Part shown: piece by piece, positions 41,439-53,000 of the stretch
Numbering within the stretch: position 1 is the first letter of the stretch
How the letters are laid out: every line of letters begins with the position of its first letter
Assembly (NCBI GenBank): GCA_965228855.1
Contig: CBDDIJ010000005.1
Span: forward strand, 192,001-256,000
Direction of reading: 5' to 3'
From: Candidatus Obscuribacterales bacterium
GTDB lineage: Bacteria > Cyanobacteriota > Vampirovibrionia > Obscuribacterales > Obscuribacteraceae
DNA length: 64,000 bases
Translations under genes and position numbers: made by a program
The notes under the pieces: model-generated
Told to the model about the DNA's origin: nothing
Seen by the model: only the letters and a program-made list of their open reading frames with translations
The model's database searches: none

Positions 41439-44400
41439 ATGCGTTTTAATTTGCACCCGCTTAGGGCGCGCGATTCCATGAGTCGTTTGTCCATCGCACA
41501 GTTTCTGCAGAATCTACTTCTCAGCATCTTAATCGCGTGCCCAAGCAACATAGCGTTTCTGGTACTGCCTGCGGAAGCACAGTCTACAAATTGGGGCGTC
41601 GTCAACATAAACACTACTGGCACCGGTACAAGCAGCTCCTTAGTTGGAGGTCAGCTTACACTGAACGCTGCCGGGAGCGGCTTCGGTGGCACCTCTGATA
41701 GTGTCAGTTTCGTTCAAGTCAAAACCTCTGGTAATGTCGAGATGATTACCAAGGTTTCTATTCCGAATTCAAATCTAGCGCCACCTGAGGCGCCAGCCGG
41801 GCTCATGATTCGAAGCTCTTTCGATTCCAAAAGCATTCAAGCCTCAGTCATAGTGACGCCTCAAAACGGGGTCAATTTCTTTAGTCGAACTTCTTACGAG
41901 GGAGAAAATCGTCTCACAGTCGGCCCCTCACTACCTCCACCTACTTGGGTTCGAATAGTCAGAAGTGGAGACACTGTTGCTGGCTACCAATCTGCAAATG
42001 GCTATACATGGACTCTTGTCGGGACAACAAAATTAAGCCTAACCAGCACGTTTTACATTGGTCTGGTCGGAGCGAGTGTCGCAGATCCGACCCTTCAAAC
42101 GTTCAATTTCAGCAACACGGTATTCATGCGTGACGTCCCGCAGCGTAGCGCGGACATGGCTCTGTGGCTGAGAGCCGATGTAGGAATTACAACAAACGGA
42201 CTCACCAGCGTCACCGGATGGCAGGATCAAAGCAACAACGTTTACACTGCAGCTCAACCGATATCAGCGAACAGACCCGAGATGATAGCCGACTCCATTA
42301 ATGGCTTGGCGGCTGTCAATTTCAACGGGAGCAGCAAATGGCTTCAGCTGCCGGCTGGTTATACAAATTTCGATAAAGGCGCAACCGTGTTTGCTGTGAT
42401 AAAGCCCCCCTCTGGTTCCGCATTGTCAGATGCTCGAATTTTTGACTTCGCGAATGGCGCCAATAACGGAGCCTTTCGACTGTACCAACCCACGAAAAGC
42501 GGCGTCTCTTTTGCATTCTACAACAGCGGAACAAAGACAGTGAATGCTACTAGTGGTATCACCAGTGGTTTCAACATAGCGGAGGTAGTCCATGACGGCT
42601 CCAATGCGGGGACCATTTCAGTGAACGGTGGAACTGCAGTTTCAAACGGCGCGATGGGACCTATTCCCGTAGTTTTACGGCAAAGCAACTTCATAGGGAA
42701 AGGGTACACTAACTCCGCATATTTCGAAGGTCAAATGGCAGAGATCTTGATCTACAATCGACCGCTCACGGATGCAGAGCGCAGCCGGATCAAATCATAC
42801 CTGTTTTACAAGTACGGCTTAGGGACAACACCTCCAGTCTCCCCCCCGGAGGCGACTGCTGCTCCGGCGTCAGCGCCCCAAGAAATCTATAGCCCTGCCA
42901 CAGGTGTGTATGCCTCTTCCGTAAATGTGAGTCTAACCGCCGACCCTCTAACCGAGATAAGGTACACGACTAACGGCACGAATCCGACGCCAGGGAGTAC
43001 GCTCTATGCCGGACCGATTCCCGTGATTACTAGCGGCACAACCACGATCAAGTCTATTGCCGTCGAGGGGGCGAATCAAAGTGTGGTGGCTACTGAAACT
43101 ATACAGATAGATCCGAATTCATCAAACGTGACCAGAGCGGGTCTAAATTTATGGCTTAAGTCTGACTTCGGAGTCACGAAAGATGGAGCAAACAACATAA
43201 GTAAATGGTCAGACGTCTCAGGAAATCATATGGACGGTCTTGTGACGTCCAACCAAGCTCCTAAATATTTGTCATCAGATCCACCCAATATCAATAGTGC
43301 TCCTGTCGTAGAGATAACCAACAGCGGCACTAGCATAAAGCAATGGTTTGAGATGCCCAGGGATTTCGCGTCGTTCCCAAATGGAGCTAGCGTCTTCATT
43401 GTTGCAAATCCATTTGCGAGTTCTGGTGGCGGCGACAAGTTTATCGAGTTGGGGGCTGACCCCTCCTCTTCCGCAGTTCAATTGTATGTAAAGTCGAAAA
43501 ACACGGGCACAGGCGTTTCAACTTTCAGCTATCGAGTGTATAACGGAAACCAAACGAGTATTGACTTCAACGGCAGCATGAATCAGTATCAGCTGCTCGA
43601 AGTCGTGCAAAGTGGCTCAAGCGTTTCGACGTACAAGAATGGAACATCTACAGGAACGGCTACTGGCTTTAATCTTATCCCCAATTCCGCGCGCCTCGGC
43701 AACTTCATCGGTAACGCAATTGCCTCCGCCAGAATAGCAGAAATTATCGTCTACAACAGACCCCTCGTCGATGCAGAGCGCTTTGGAATTGAAGCGTACT
43801 TTCATACCAAGTACGGTCTCGGGGCTGCGCCGACTCTCGCCGCTCCAATATTTACACCGAAGTCCGATGTGATCTGTGACGCAGAAAAATTTATATCGCT
43901 AGAGGCACCTTCGGAAGCTAGTATTTTTTACACGATCAGCAATACGTCTACGCCGCCTCCAGATCCAACAAATACACCAAGTCCAACAAACTTTTTGTAT
44001 AGCGCTCCGTTCAAGCTAACTCAGAATTCAATCGTCAAGGCGAGGGCATTTAAGTCGGGATACGCAGGCAACCAAAGTTCGGTGACGACTGAAACCTATA
44101 AGTTCGACTCGACCACGTGTGCAATCAGAAAAGACAGTTTGCTGACATGGCTTCGTTCAGACGTAGGAATAACAGTGGACGGCTCGACAACTAATGTAAC
44201 GTCGTGGGCCGATATCTCAGGAAAGAATGTAGTCGCCCTTCAAAACACATCTGGAAATAGACCAGTTCTTAACCCAACTGGCATAAATGGATTCCCATCC
44301 ATTAGCTTTTCGACCAACAAGTTTTTAAGCTTACCAGATGTCTACAATGATTTCAGTCAAGGCATGACAGCGTTTGTAGTAGCTAAAAAGACTGGCTCAG

Positions 44401-47072
44401 TTGGCGGTCCGTTTTTCGGCTTTTCAACGGCGACAACGGGAGCAGATACCGTTCAATTTGGTCCAACCAGCGACACAAACTTACGCTTAACGGTGTCTTC
44501 CGGTACTACCGCAACAAACCTAAATGCGCCGCAGACATCGGACGCAAATTTCCATGTGTACGAAACCGTCCATAATGGAACAACAGTGGCTTCGATTCTC
44601 CGAGACGGAAATCAGCTCAATCTAAGTTCCGGAATGAATCCTATATCGAATGTGAGTCGGGGGTGGAGCTATGTTGGTCGAGGTGATGTTGGACCAACAC
44701 CGATCAGCACTACATATTTTAACGGTGAAGTCGCAGAAATAATTATTTACCGGAAAGAACTAGATCCAGACGAGCGAAGAGCAATCGAAGAGTATCTGTT
44801 GGCTAGGTACGGAACTTATATAACGCCACCGACCATAACTCCAGCAAGCGGGGCTCTTCCGACTGATTATCCGATCACTATGACGGCCAAAGATCCTGGA
44901 GCTCAAATTATCTATTCAGAGAACGGCGGTGCCTATGTGCCCTATGTACCTGGGAATCCTCCGAAGATGCATAACGGGTTGGTTTCCATCACAGCAAAAT
45001 CAGTATTGACCTGGGGACAGTCAAGTCCAACGACTGCGGTATTTCAGCTAGACGACAATACCGCAAATTTGCCGAGGTCTGAGATGATTTTATGGCTCAA
45101 AGGAGATTTCGGTGTCACTTTTGATGCATCAAATCGTGTATCAAACTGGAAGGACATTTCTGGCTCAAATTATCACGCAACTCAGGGTACCACAGCGAAT
45201 CAGCCGACTTACAGTGCAACAGCCGTTAATGGAAAGCCATCAATCAATTTTTCCGGAACTCAGTGGATGCAGTTAGCATCCGGCTTCAGCAATTTTGCCG
45301 ACGGTGCCACGGTCTTCCTAGTAACAAAGCCCCCCTCATCGGTATCAGCTGATGCGCGTTTCTTCGACCTATCGAGCCAAACAACCAGCTCGCTTAGCAA
45401 CAACTTGATTCTGTCTCAACCAACAAGCGGCTCGAGTCAATTTTACGTATATGACAGCAATGGAAACGTTAGTTCGGTTTTAGCCGAAAGCTCAGTCACC
45501 CAAAATCAGTTTCAACTCCTGGAGGCTAATCATACTGGCCGACAAGCTGCGACGCTCCTAACGAACGGAGACAAAGTTTCGACGGGCGCTATTAAAAATC
45601 CTGCAAATGTGCAACGAACGGCAAATTTTCTCGGCAAAGCATGGGGTTCAGCAAACTACTTCCAAGGCTCCATCTCAGAGTTAATAATTTACAATCGATC
45701 TCTTCTCCCTGAAGAAAGAAGAGCTGTCGAGGCTTACTTAATTGGACGATACGCACTCACCAACAAGCCAGTAAAACCTACAATTCTTCCATATGATGGA
45801 GTTTACTCCGGCCTGCTCGGAAAATCTGCGAGCATTGGTCCCGTCTCGATGTTTGCATTCCCCAACGCTCCTACACTTGATATCGAGATTCACTACACCA
45901 CAGACGGTACCACGCCAACCGCACTCAGCTCGAAGTATGAGGGGCCAATCTTTGTCAGTAAATCCACGGTCATAAATGCGATTGCTACTAAGCAGGGCTC
46001 CCCTTCGAGCGACGTAGCAACGCGATACATAAACATCTCACCACAAGCTGACAGTGTCTCTCGCGATGGGCTACAGCTTTGGTACAAGAGTGACTTTGGC
46101 GTTATCACTGACGGTAATACTGTTAACAACTGGATTGACTTGTCGACTACTGGTCGAGAAATTAATGCATTCCAGTCCGAAGTGAATAAGCAACCTATCT
46201 ACTCAAGCGACTATTCCTTTCCGCGAATTACAACAGGAGTAGATCCTCGCTACTTTGAGGTTGAATCTGGATTGTCGGACTTTTCGAAAGGCCTAACCTT
46301 CTATGCTGTGACTAGACCGCTCTCGACAGCTACAGGGACTGATTCCTGGATATTCGCAGCCTCAAACGGTTCCACCACAAACAACGTTGAGGTGCGAGAT
46401 GATGCCAGCGCTGAACGCGCGCGACTACGAATTCAAGCAAATGGTAACTCTGTTGTTGGAACCGGTGATAGCCTCGTTGCAAATAAGTTCCAGATTTTGG
46501 AAGGAGTGCAAAATGGCTCGGGCAATTTGGGGACCCTATCGGTGGATGGGACTCAGGTCGGCTCTGGTACGCTGACACCAGCAGTCAATGTAACCAGAAT
46601 GTTGAATCGCCTCGGCGCAAATCCAACGTCAAGCGCCGAAAATTACATCGGCGACTATGTAGAACTTTTGGTATACAACCGATCTCTAACTGATAGCGAA
46701 CGACTCGCTGTTCAAAACTATCTGAAAGTAAAATACCAAACTCCGTATATTCAAGGTACTGCGCAGCCGGTGCTGCAACCTGTTGGAGCCACCTACTCCG
46801 GACCTTTGGATGTCGCGCTGACGGGTCCAACTGACGCAGTTATTTTTTACACCACCGACGGCACGACTCCAACAACTAGTTCGAAAATCTATTCAAAACC
46901 GATAAGAATCACATATACGACAACGGTGAAGGCAATTTCTGTTCTTAATGGAATAACGAGCGCCGTATCAAGCCAGGTCTACACGCTCAACGCCGATATG
47001 TTCCGTCCACCAACCGGGAACCCCACGCAAATGCAGCTGCAAATTCCAACAACGGCAATCCCTCTAATCTAA
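41439..47072 (+). CDS. large exported adhesin-like protein: N-terminal beta-jellyroll plus five LamG/ConA-like repeats, each with a CHB_HEX_C/Fn3-associated linker
   Basis: Signal peptide ending AEA. Five repeats begin with LWLRADVG, LWLKSDFG, TWLRSDVG, LWLKGDFG and LWYKSDFG and end E.I.Y.R.L...ER. IxYTTDGTTPT linkers. Start may be 41478. Confidence 0.85.
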   Translation: MRFNLHPLRARDSMSRLSIAQFLQNLLLSILIACPSNIAFLVLPAEAQSTNWGVVNINTTGTGTSSSLVGGQLTLNAAGSGFGGTSDSVSFVQVKTSGNVEMITKVSIPNSNLAPPEAPAGLMIRSSFDSKSIQASVIVTPQNGVNFFSRTSYEGENRLTVGPSLPPPTWVRIVRSGDTVAGYQSANGYTWTLVGTTKLSLTSTFYIGLVGASVADPTLQTFNFSNTVFMRDVPQRSADMALWLRADVGITTNGLTSVTGWQDQSNNVYTAAQPISANRPEMIADSINGLAAVNFNGSSKWLQLPAGYTNFDKGATVFAVIKPPSGSALSDARIFDFANGANNGAFRLYQPTKSGVSFAFYNSGTKTVNATSGITSGFNIAEVVHDGSNAGTISVNGGTAVSNGAMGPIPVVLRQSNFIGKGYTNSAYFEGQMAEILIYNRPLTDAERSRIKSYLFYKYGLGTTPPVSPPEATAAPASAPQEIYSPATGVYASSVNVSLTADPLTEIRYTTNGTNPTPGSTLYAGPIPVITSGTTTIKSIAVEGANQSVVATETIQIDPNSSNVTRAGLNLWLKSDFGVTKDGANNISKWSDVSGNHMDGLVTSNQAPKYLSSDPPNINSAPVVEITNSGTSIKQWFEMPRDFASFPNGASVFIVANPFASSGGGDKFIELGADPSSSAVQLYVKSKNTGTGVSTFSYRVYNGNQTSIDFNGSMNQYQLLEVVQSGSSVSTYKNGTSTGTATGFNLIPNSARLGNFIGNAIASARIAEIIVYNRPLVDAERFGIEAYFHTKYGLGAAPTLAAPIFTPKSDVICDAEKFISLEAPSEASIFYTISNTSTPPPDPTNTPSPTNFLYSAPFKLTQNSIVKARAFKSGYAGNQSSVTTETYKFDSTTCAIRKDSLLTWLRSDVGITVDGSTTNVTSWADISGKNVVALQNTSGNRPVLNPTGINGFPSISFSTNKFLSLPDVYNDFSQGMTAFVVAKKTGSVGGPFFGFSTATTGADTVQFGPTSDTNLRLTVSSGTTATNLNAPQTSDANFHVYETVHNGTTVASILRDGNQLNLSSGMNPISNVSRGWSYVGRGDVGPTPISTTYFNGEVAEIIIYRKELDPDERRAIEEYLLARYGTYITPPTITPASGALPTDYPITMTAKDPGAQIIYSENGGAYVPYVPGNPPKMHNGLVSITAKSVLTWGQSSPTTAVFQLDDNTANLPRSEMILWLKGDFGVTFDASNRVSNWKDISGSNYHATQGTTANQPTYSATAVNGKPSINFSGTQWMQLASGFSNFADGATVFLVTKPPSSVSADARFFDLSSQTTSSLSNNLILSQPTSGSSQFYVYDSNGNVSSVLAESSVTQNQFQLLEANHTGRQAATLLTNGDKVSTGAIKNPANVQRTANFLGKAWGSANYFQGSISELIIYNRSLLPEERRAVEAYLIGRYALTNKPVKPTILPYDGVYSGLLGKSASIGPVSMFAFPNAPTLDIEIHYTTDGTTPTALSSKYEGPIFVSKSTVINAIATKQGSPSSDVATRYINISPQADSVSRDGLQLWYKSDFGVITDGNTVNNWIDLSTTGREINAFQSEVNKQPIYSSDYSFPRITTGVDPRYFEVESGLSDFSKGLTFYAVTRPLSTATGTDSWIFAASNGSTTNNVEVRDDASAERARLRIQANGNSVVGTGDSLVANKFQILEGVQNGSGNLGTLSVDGTQVGSGTLTPAVNVTRMLNRLGANPTSSAENYIGDYVELLVYNRSLTDSERLAVQNYLKVKYQTPYIQGTAQPVLQPVGATYSGPLDVALTGPTDAVIFYTTDGTTPTTSSKIYSKPIRITYTTTVKAISVLNGITSAVSSQVYTLNADMFRPPTGNPTQMQLQIPTTAIPLI

Positions 47073-47093
47073 AACGCCTCCGAGAAATCATTC

Positions 47094-50000
47094 ATGGAAC
47101 TTCATCAAAATCTCAAAACTAGAAAGTTAACGACACTTTTCTGCGTTGTGCTGTTACTAAGTGCGCTGATTGCGCCAGGTAACGCAATTGAGCAAGACTC
47201 AGGTCCCAAGACGGTTAAAGTCAGAAAAGGCTCAACTAGCGTGAGGCTTTTCAAGCCTCAACTTGAAATTCCCGAAAACCCTACGGACGAGGACATAGCC
47301 TCGGCACGAGTCTTCCCTGAAAGGCTTCGGCCCACTTCAAGCAGCGAAGCACTAGTAGCGGAAAATCAAAAACTGAAAGAAGCCATTATGGCTTTCAAGG
47401 CTAAAAACAATAAAGAGGATCTATCCGACCTTGAACATTTTATCGGTAGTTTTCCGAAATCTCGTTGGAATCCAGCGATTCAGCTAAACATGGCCAAACT
47501 TCGATTTGAAACAGGGTATTTTAGCGATGCGCTTTCTCTCTATCAAACAGCTTGGAACACACTGAAAAACGAAAACGGCAGCCAGCAGTCAACGTTGGCA
47601 AATGAAGTCTTGTCAGAGTTGATGGTGTTGAGTGCGCGCTTGGGGCGAAGAGATGAGTTGAAGACGTATCTCCAAGAGACGAATGGTCGAACGCTCTATG
47701 GCTCAATGGAAGAGCAAATCGATGATGCTAGAACCGGCTTTAAATATATGGAGACAAGTCCTCAACTCGCCTACAAATGTGGTCCCTATGCTTTAAATTC
47801 GATTCTGAATTTAAAGGGACTGACAAAGGGACGCCATCCCGTTATCGAACAAGCAAGTTCAACTCATCAAGGTACTAACCTCCTCCAACTCAAAAACTGG
47901 GCACGTCAGTGTGGACTAGACTTTCAAATTGCGAAGCGATCACTCGGCGCTCCAGTATTGATACCATCAGTAGTGCACTGGAAGGTTGGACACTTCGGGG
48001 CCCTCGTAAAGAATCACAACGGACGTTTCCAAGTCAGCGATCCGACCTTTGACACGGATGGAAATTTTTGGCTGAGCGAAAAAGCACTTGATACTGAATG
48101 CGATGGCTACTATTTAGTTCAAAATGGACCGCTTCCTGTCGGCTGGGAGGCAGTATCAGACAGCGAGGGAAGCCGGGTTTGGGGTAAAGGAGAGGCAAAG
48201 GGACGCGACAATGACGAACATACGCCCCCATGCCCAAAGTGTTATGAGTGCGGCAAAAATGGTGGCATGGCGCGCGCAACTGCCTTCAAAATGCTAGCCA
48301 CACTACAAATTGAAGACACGCCCATAGAGTACACTCCTCCGGTTGGTCCACAGATGGACTTCACCCTGACATACAACCATCTTGAGACCAATCAACCATC
48401 GTCGCCTGCGTTTACAACTTTTGGTCCTGACTGGAATTTTAACTGGCTGTCCTACCTGACCATCGATGCCTCCGGGAACGCGACGGTCAGGGTACGAGGA
48501 GGCGGTTCCGAAGTCTTCAATTACACTCAACCGAACAATGTGAGCAATCCGTATGCCCCTAATTTGTTGTCACAGGCTATCCTCGCAATCACGGATAAGG
48601 AGCGTTACGAACGTCAATTGCCTGACGGCTCGGTGGAGGTATTCGATCAGCCGGACGGTACCGGTAGATTTTTCATGACCAAAGTAATTGATCCTCAGGG
48701 CAACACCGTAAGCATTCAATACAACACGAACTTCAGAATTGAAACAATCACGGACGCGATTGGGCAGGCTACAGAACTTCAGTACTTAGCAAATCAGGTT
48801 TCGAACGTCGATTACTTTAAGGTCAAAAGTATCTCAGATCCGTTCTCGAGAGAAGCGACACTCACTTATGACGCGAGCAAAATTCATATCGTCACCATTA
48901 CTGATGTAATTAGCTTGCAGTCCAAATTCCTCTATGAACCTGCGTCATCATTCATACTGACGATGAGCACTCCATATGGTATCACTTCATTTCAAAACTA
49001 CGTGCCAAAGTCGGATCTTAACCATACAGATCCCCTAGCGACAGCAGCACTTGCGAAGGGAATTCGATTCACGTATCCGGACAGCACGGCAATGGTGGTG
49101 GAAAACTGGTTGAATTTTGCACAGCGAAGTTATTATTGGGACCGACATGCCATGGAGTTGTATCCGGGAGATCCGAGCGCAAATATCTATGCTCACTGCG
49201 AACAGACGCAATGGCAAATGATTTATGGTTCAACCATCTTAGAATCCTCCGTACCGGACTGGGTGAAACTACCCTTGGAGAGTCGTATAACCTATCAATA
49301 TGACGAGCAGGTTCCTCATGGTAATTTGCATTACACAGGCACGTCAAACAGACCTATATCGGTATCGCGAACCATCACAGGTGGTGCGACTCAGAAATCA
49401 GAGTTTCAAAACAATGCGTTTGGACGAGTGATCCAATCAAAAGACCCAATAGGAAGAAAGAAAAACTTTTACTACGCCGCAAACAATATCGATCTTCTTG
49501 AAGTCCGCCAGACAAGAGGCTCTAACAATGACTTGCTCGAGAAGTGGCAGTACAATGACAAGCACCTACCTCTGGTCTACATCGATGGCTCTGGTCAAAC
49601 ATCAACCTTCTCATACAACGCTAACGGTCAAATTCTAACCTTCACCGATCAGGATCACAAAGTCACCACATATGGTTACACCGGTAACTATCTGACATCC
49701 GTAGATGGACCTCTTACAGGGGATAAAGATAAAACAACACTTTCCTACGATGGATATGGACGCCTGTACCAGATCACAGACTCAGTGGGCTATACGCTCA
49801 CGTACGATTACGATGCAGCAAACAGGGTAACGAAAACTACTTATCCGGACGGAACCTTCGAAGAGTTACTCTATGACAGATTGGATGTTGTCGCGAGCAA
49901 AGATCGCATCGGTAGGTGGACGACTTCCTCTTATAACTCACTGGATGAACTCGTGAAGATGACTGATCCTCTTGGCCGTTCCACTGAGTATTCTTGGTGT

Positions 50001-53000
50001 AGTTGCGGGTCACTCGTGTCTCTTACAGATGGCGCCGGCAACAAAACAAGATGGCATCACGATCTTCAAGGTCGAACGATTCAAAAGATATATGCGGACC
50101 AAAGTAGTTATCAATTCGAGTACGAGGACTCCTGCAGCAGCGGACGACTCAAGAGGCGCACGGATGCACTAAATCAAAGAACTGATTACCTTTATAATCT
50201 CGACGATACGCTCAGTAACATAAATTACTCGAACTTGGCGGTTCCACTCTCGACTTCAAATGTCGCGCTCACGTGGGATCAAAACTACGAACGTATCTCG
50301 ACAATCACAAATGGCTGGGGAACTCTCACTTATGCCTACAACTCCTTCGTCACAAACCCATACGCGACTCCGATTTTTGGCGGTGGAAAGCTTCGCACCG
50401 TCACCAACAATGTCATCGCAAATTCCGGTATCGAATACTTTTACGATAAGGTTGGTCGTCAAATCAAGCGGGAGATCGATGGTGCTAGTAATCCCGTGAC
50501 ATGGGCTTACGATGCAATGAGCAGAGTGACAAGTGAGGCTAACGCGCTCGGAACTTTCAATTACTCATATGTTGACCAGAATGCAACTGGCGGCGATAGA
50601 GGCACAACAAGGCTCGCCAAGATTGATTATCCGAGTCCAAACAACCAAGATACTTACTTTTCCTATTATGGAAACACGGGCGACCAACGCTTGGAGCGAA
50701 TTAGCAACCAAGCATCGTCAGGTTCAATTATTTCTCAATTCGATTATGGGTATGACCCGGCCGGACAAATTACAGAATGGCAGCAATTTCAAAACAATAA
50801 AAAGCTTTGCTACAACCTCGACTATGATAGTGCGGGACAATTGGTGAGCGCCCAGGCGGGGTCTGGTTCATTTTCGCCGCCATTCGCCAGGGAGCATGTT
50901 TATAGTTACGACTTTGGGGCCAACCGGTCGAGTGTTCAAAACAGTGCGGTGGAAACGATTCAAATTAGCGGAACAAAGAAAACGGGTGACATTTTAACTA
51001 TCACCATATTCGATACCGGGCTATCCGGAGGACAGAAAGTTATCACCTACACTGTAGGTCCCTCCGACACTTTAGCCTCAATCGCGCAGAGCCTAGTTAA
51101 CTTGATTAATCAAGATTCTAGTCTGCAATCAGTGGGGATCAACGCTGTTTCAGCAGGTCCCCTAGGACCACCTTGCGTCACCATCCGCTCTGTTTCGAGA
51201 AACACCACCACATACGCAACCTCGGTCAGCTTCGGCTCCACCGAAACCATGAAATCCATAGTTTGGGGCAACGGGACATCGAATATCATAATCTCTGGTG
51301 CTAAAACTGCTGGTGACGTCATTTCAATAACGGTGCGTGATGCAACGTTGACTCAAACAGTTTCTTACCAAGTCCAATCCACAGACACGCTTATCTCAAT
51401 TGCCGTTGGTCTAAAGAACGCTATCAATGCTAACAGCACGCTAACAGCGGCCGGGATTACGGCAACGTCAGGTTCAAGTGGAATTGATGGAGTCTTGAGC
51501 GTGAGTTCGAGCTCCATAAATGCGACCAACTACAGCCTAGCGACAAGTGCGAACTCAACAGAAAGCCTAGTGCTAAGACCGAATATGAATAATGACCAGC
51601 GTGTCCCCATAAGCTTTGGAATTTATCCGAGCGGTAGGGACTTTTCTATTCGAGTCTTCGATAAAAGTCTCCCGGGCGGGATGCAGGAGTTCAACTACAC
51701 AACGCAAACGTCTACTTCGTCCTCGTCTATTGAAACTGTACTGGCCGTGTTAATCAATTCGAATCCGTACATGATCCAATCTCAGATTTATGCCGATGCA
51801 GGATCTGGTGTGAATATCACGTCTAAGTCAATAAATAAGACTTCTATTTGGGCCGGACTTCCTGACTATTCGACTGGCGTAGTGACATGGTACTCGATTT
51901 TTCCCGAACGGCAGCAAGGCCAGACAATCACCATAGGCGGCACCATTACTACAAACGACACGATATCACTTGATATTTACTCAGGTTCGCCGACACCGCG
52001 AACGGTTAACTACACTGTACCAAGTGGCGCCACCACAACCTCAGTAGCTGCTGGTCTCGCGGCTCTCATGCCGAATGCAATTTCATCATCCACAGTAGTG
52101 TACTTTCTTGAAGCCCCTCCAGCGACAGTCGTTGCCCGGCTCAATTCCGGAGCTACTGAGACAGTTACCGTTGGGCCAGCTATAGGCTCCGAGCGATCCT
52201 TTTGCAATAACGCCAACGAACTTGTAGGTCAGACGACCGGCGGTCCCGTTGCAGTACAAGCTGCATTCAATCGACCAGTTTCTGCAGCTGAAGTCAATAG
52301 CAATGTGATTCTGCTCAATTGCAAATCTCCAAACTCTACGACTTACTCTGTCTCCGCCAGCTCCGGGACTGAGTCAATTGCACTCGGCTCAAATTTTAGC
52401 GGTAATACCACGGTCAAAATTGGAGGAACTGGATCATCCGCTCAGACGATGTCGTTGACGGTTCACGACTCCAGGTTAGCCGGTGGAACTAAGACTATTT
52501 CTATTTCTACTCCCGGTGTAGGCATATCTCTAAGTGCGACGGCCGCTCTTCTCAGTGCTGCTGTCAACTCCGATCTGGAGCTGTCCGCGATCGGAGTTGG
52601 CGCAGAAAACAACTCGAATGCGTCCTTGCAAGATGCTCAGCATGCTGCAGGAAGTGCTCAGTTTGCTGATTCTCAAAACGAACTTCGGATCAAAGTGTCT
52701 TCGGACCCAAACTTATTTACTCAAGTCATCCCGGTCACCGGTAGCAGTTCTCAAAAGACTTTCACTCACGATGCTAACGGAAACCTGACCAGCGACGGGA
52801 CGAATACTTACGAGTGGGATGCCGAAAATAGACTTATAAAAATCAGTTATCCGGGAACGAACAATTACAGCCAGCTAACTTATGATGGAACGAGTCGGCT
52901 CTGCAAGATTGTGGAGACTGTCTCAGGCACGGTTACTGAAACTCGGCAGATCGTTTGGAGTCAGTTGGCAAAGTGTGAAATCAGGGATGGCAGCGGCACC

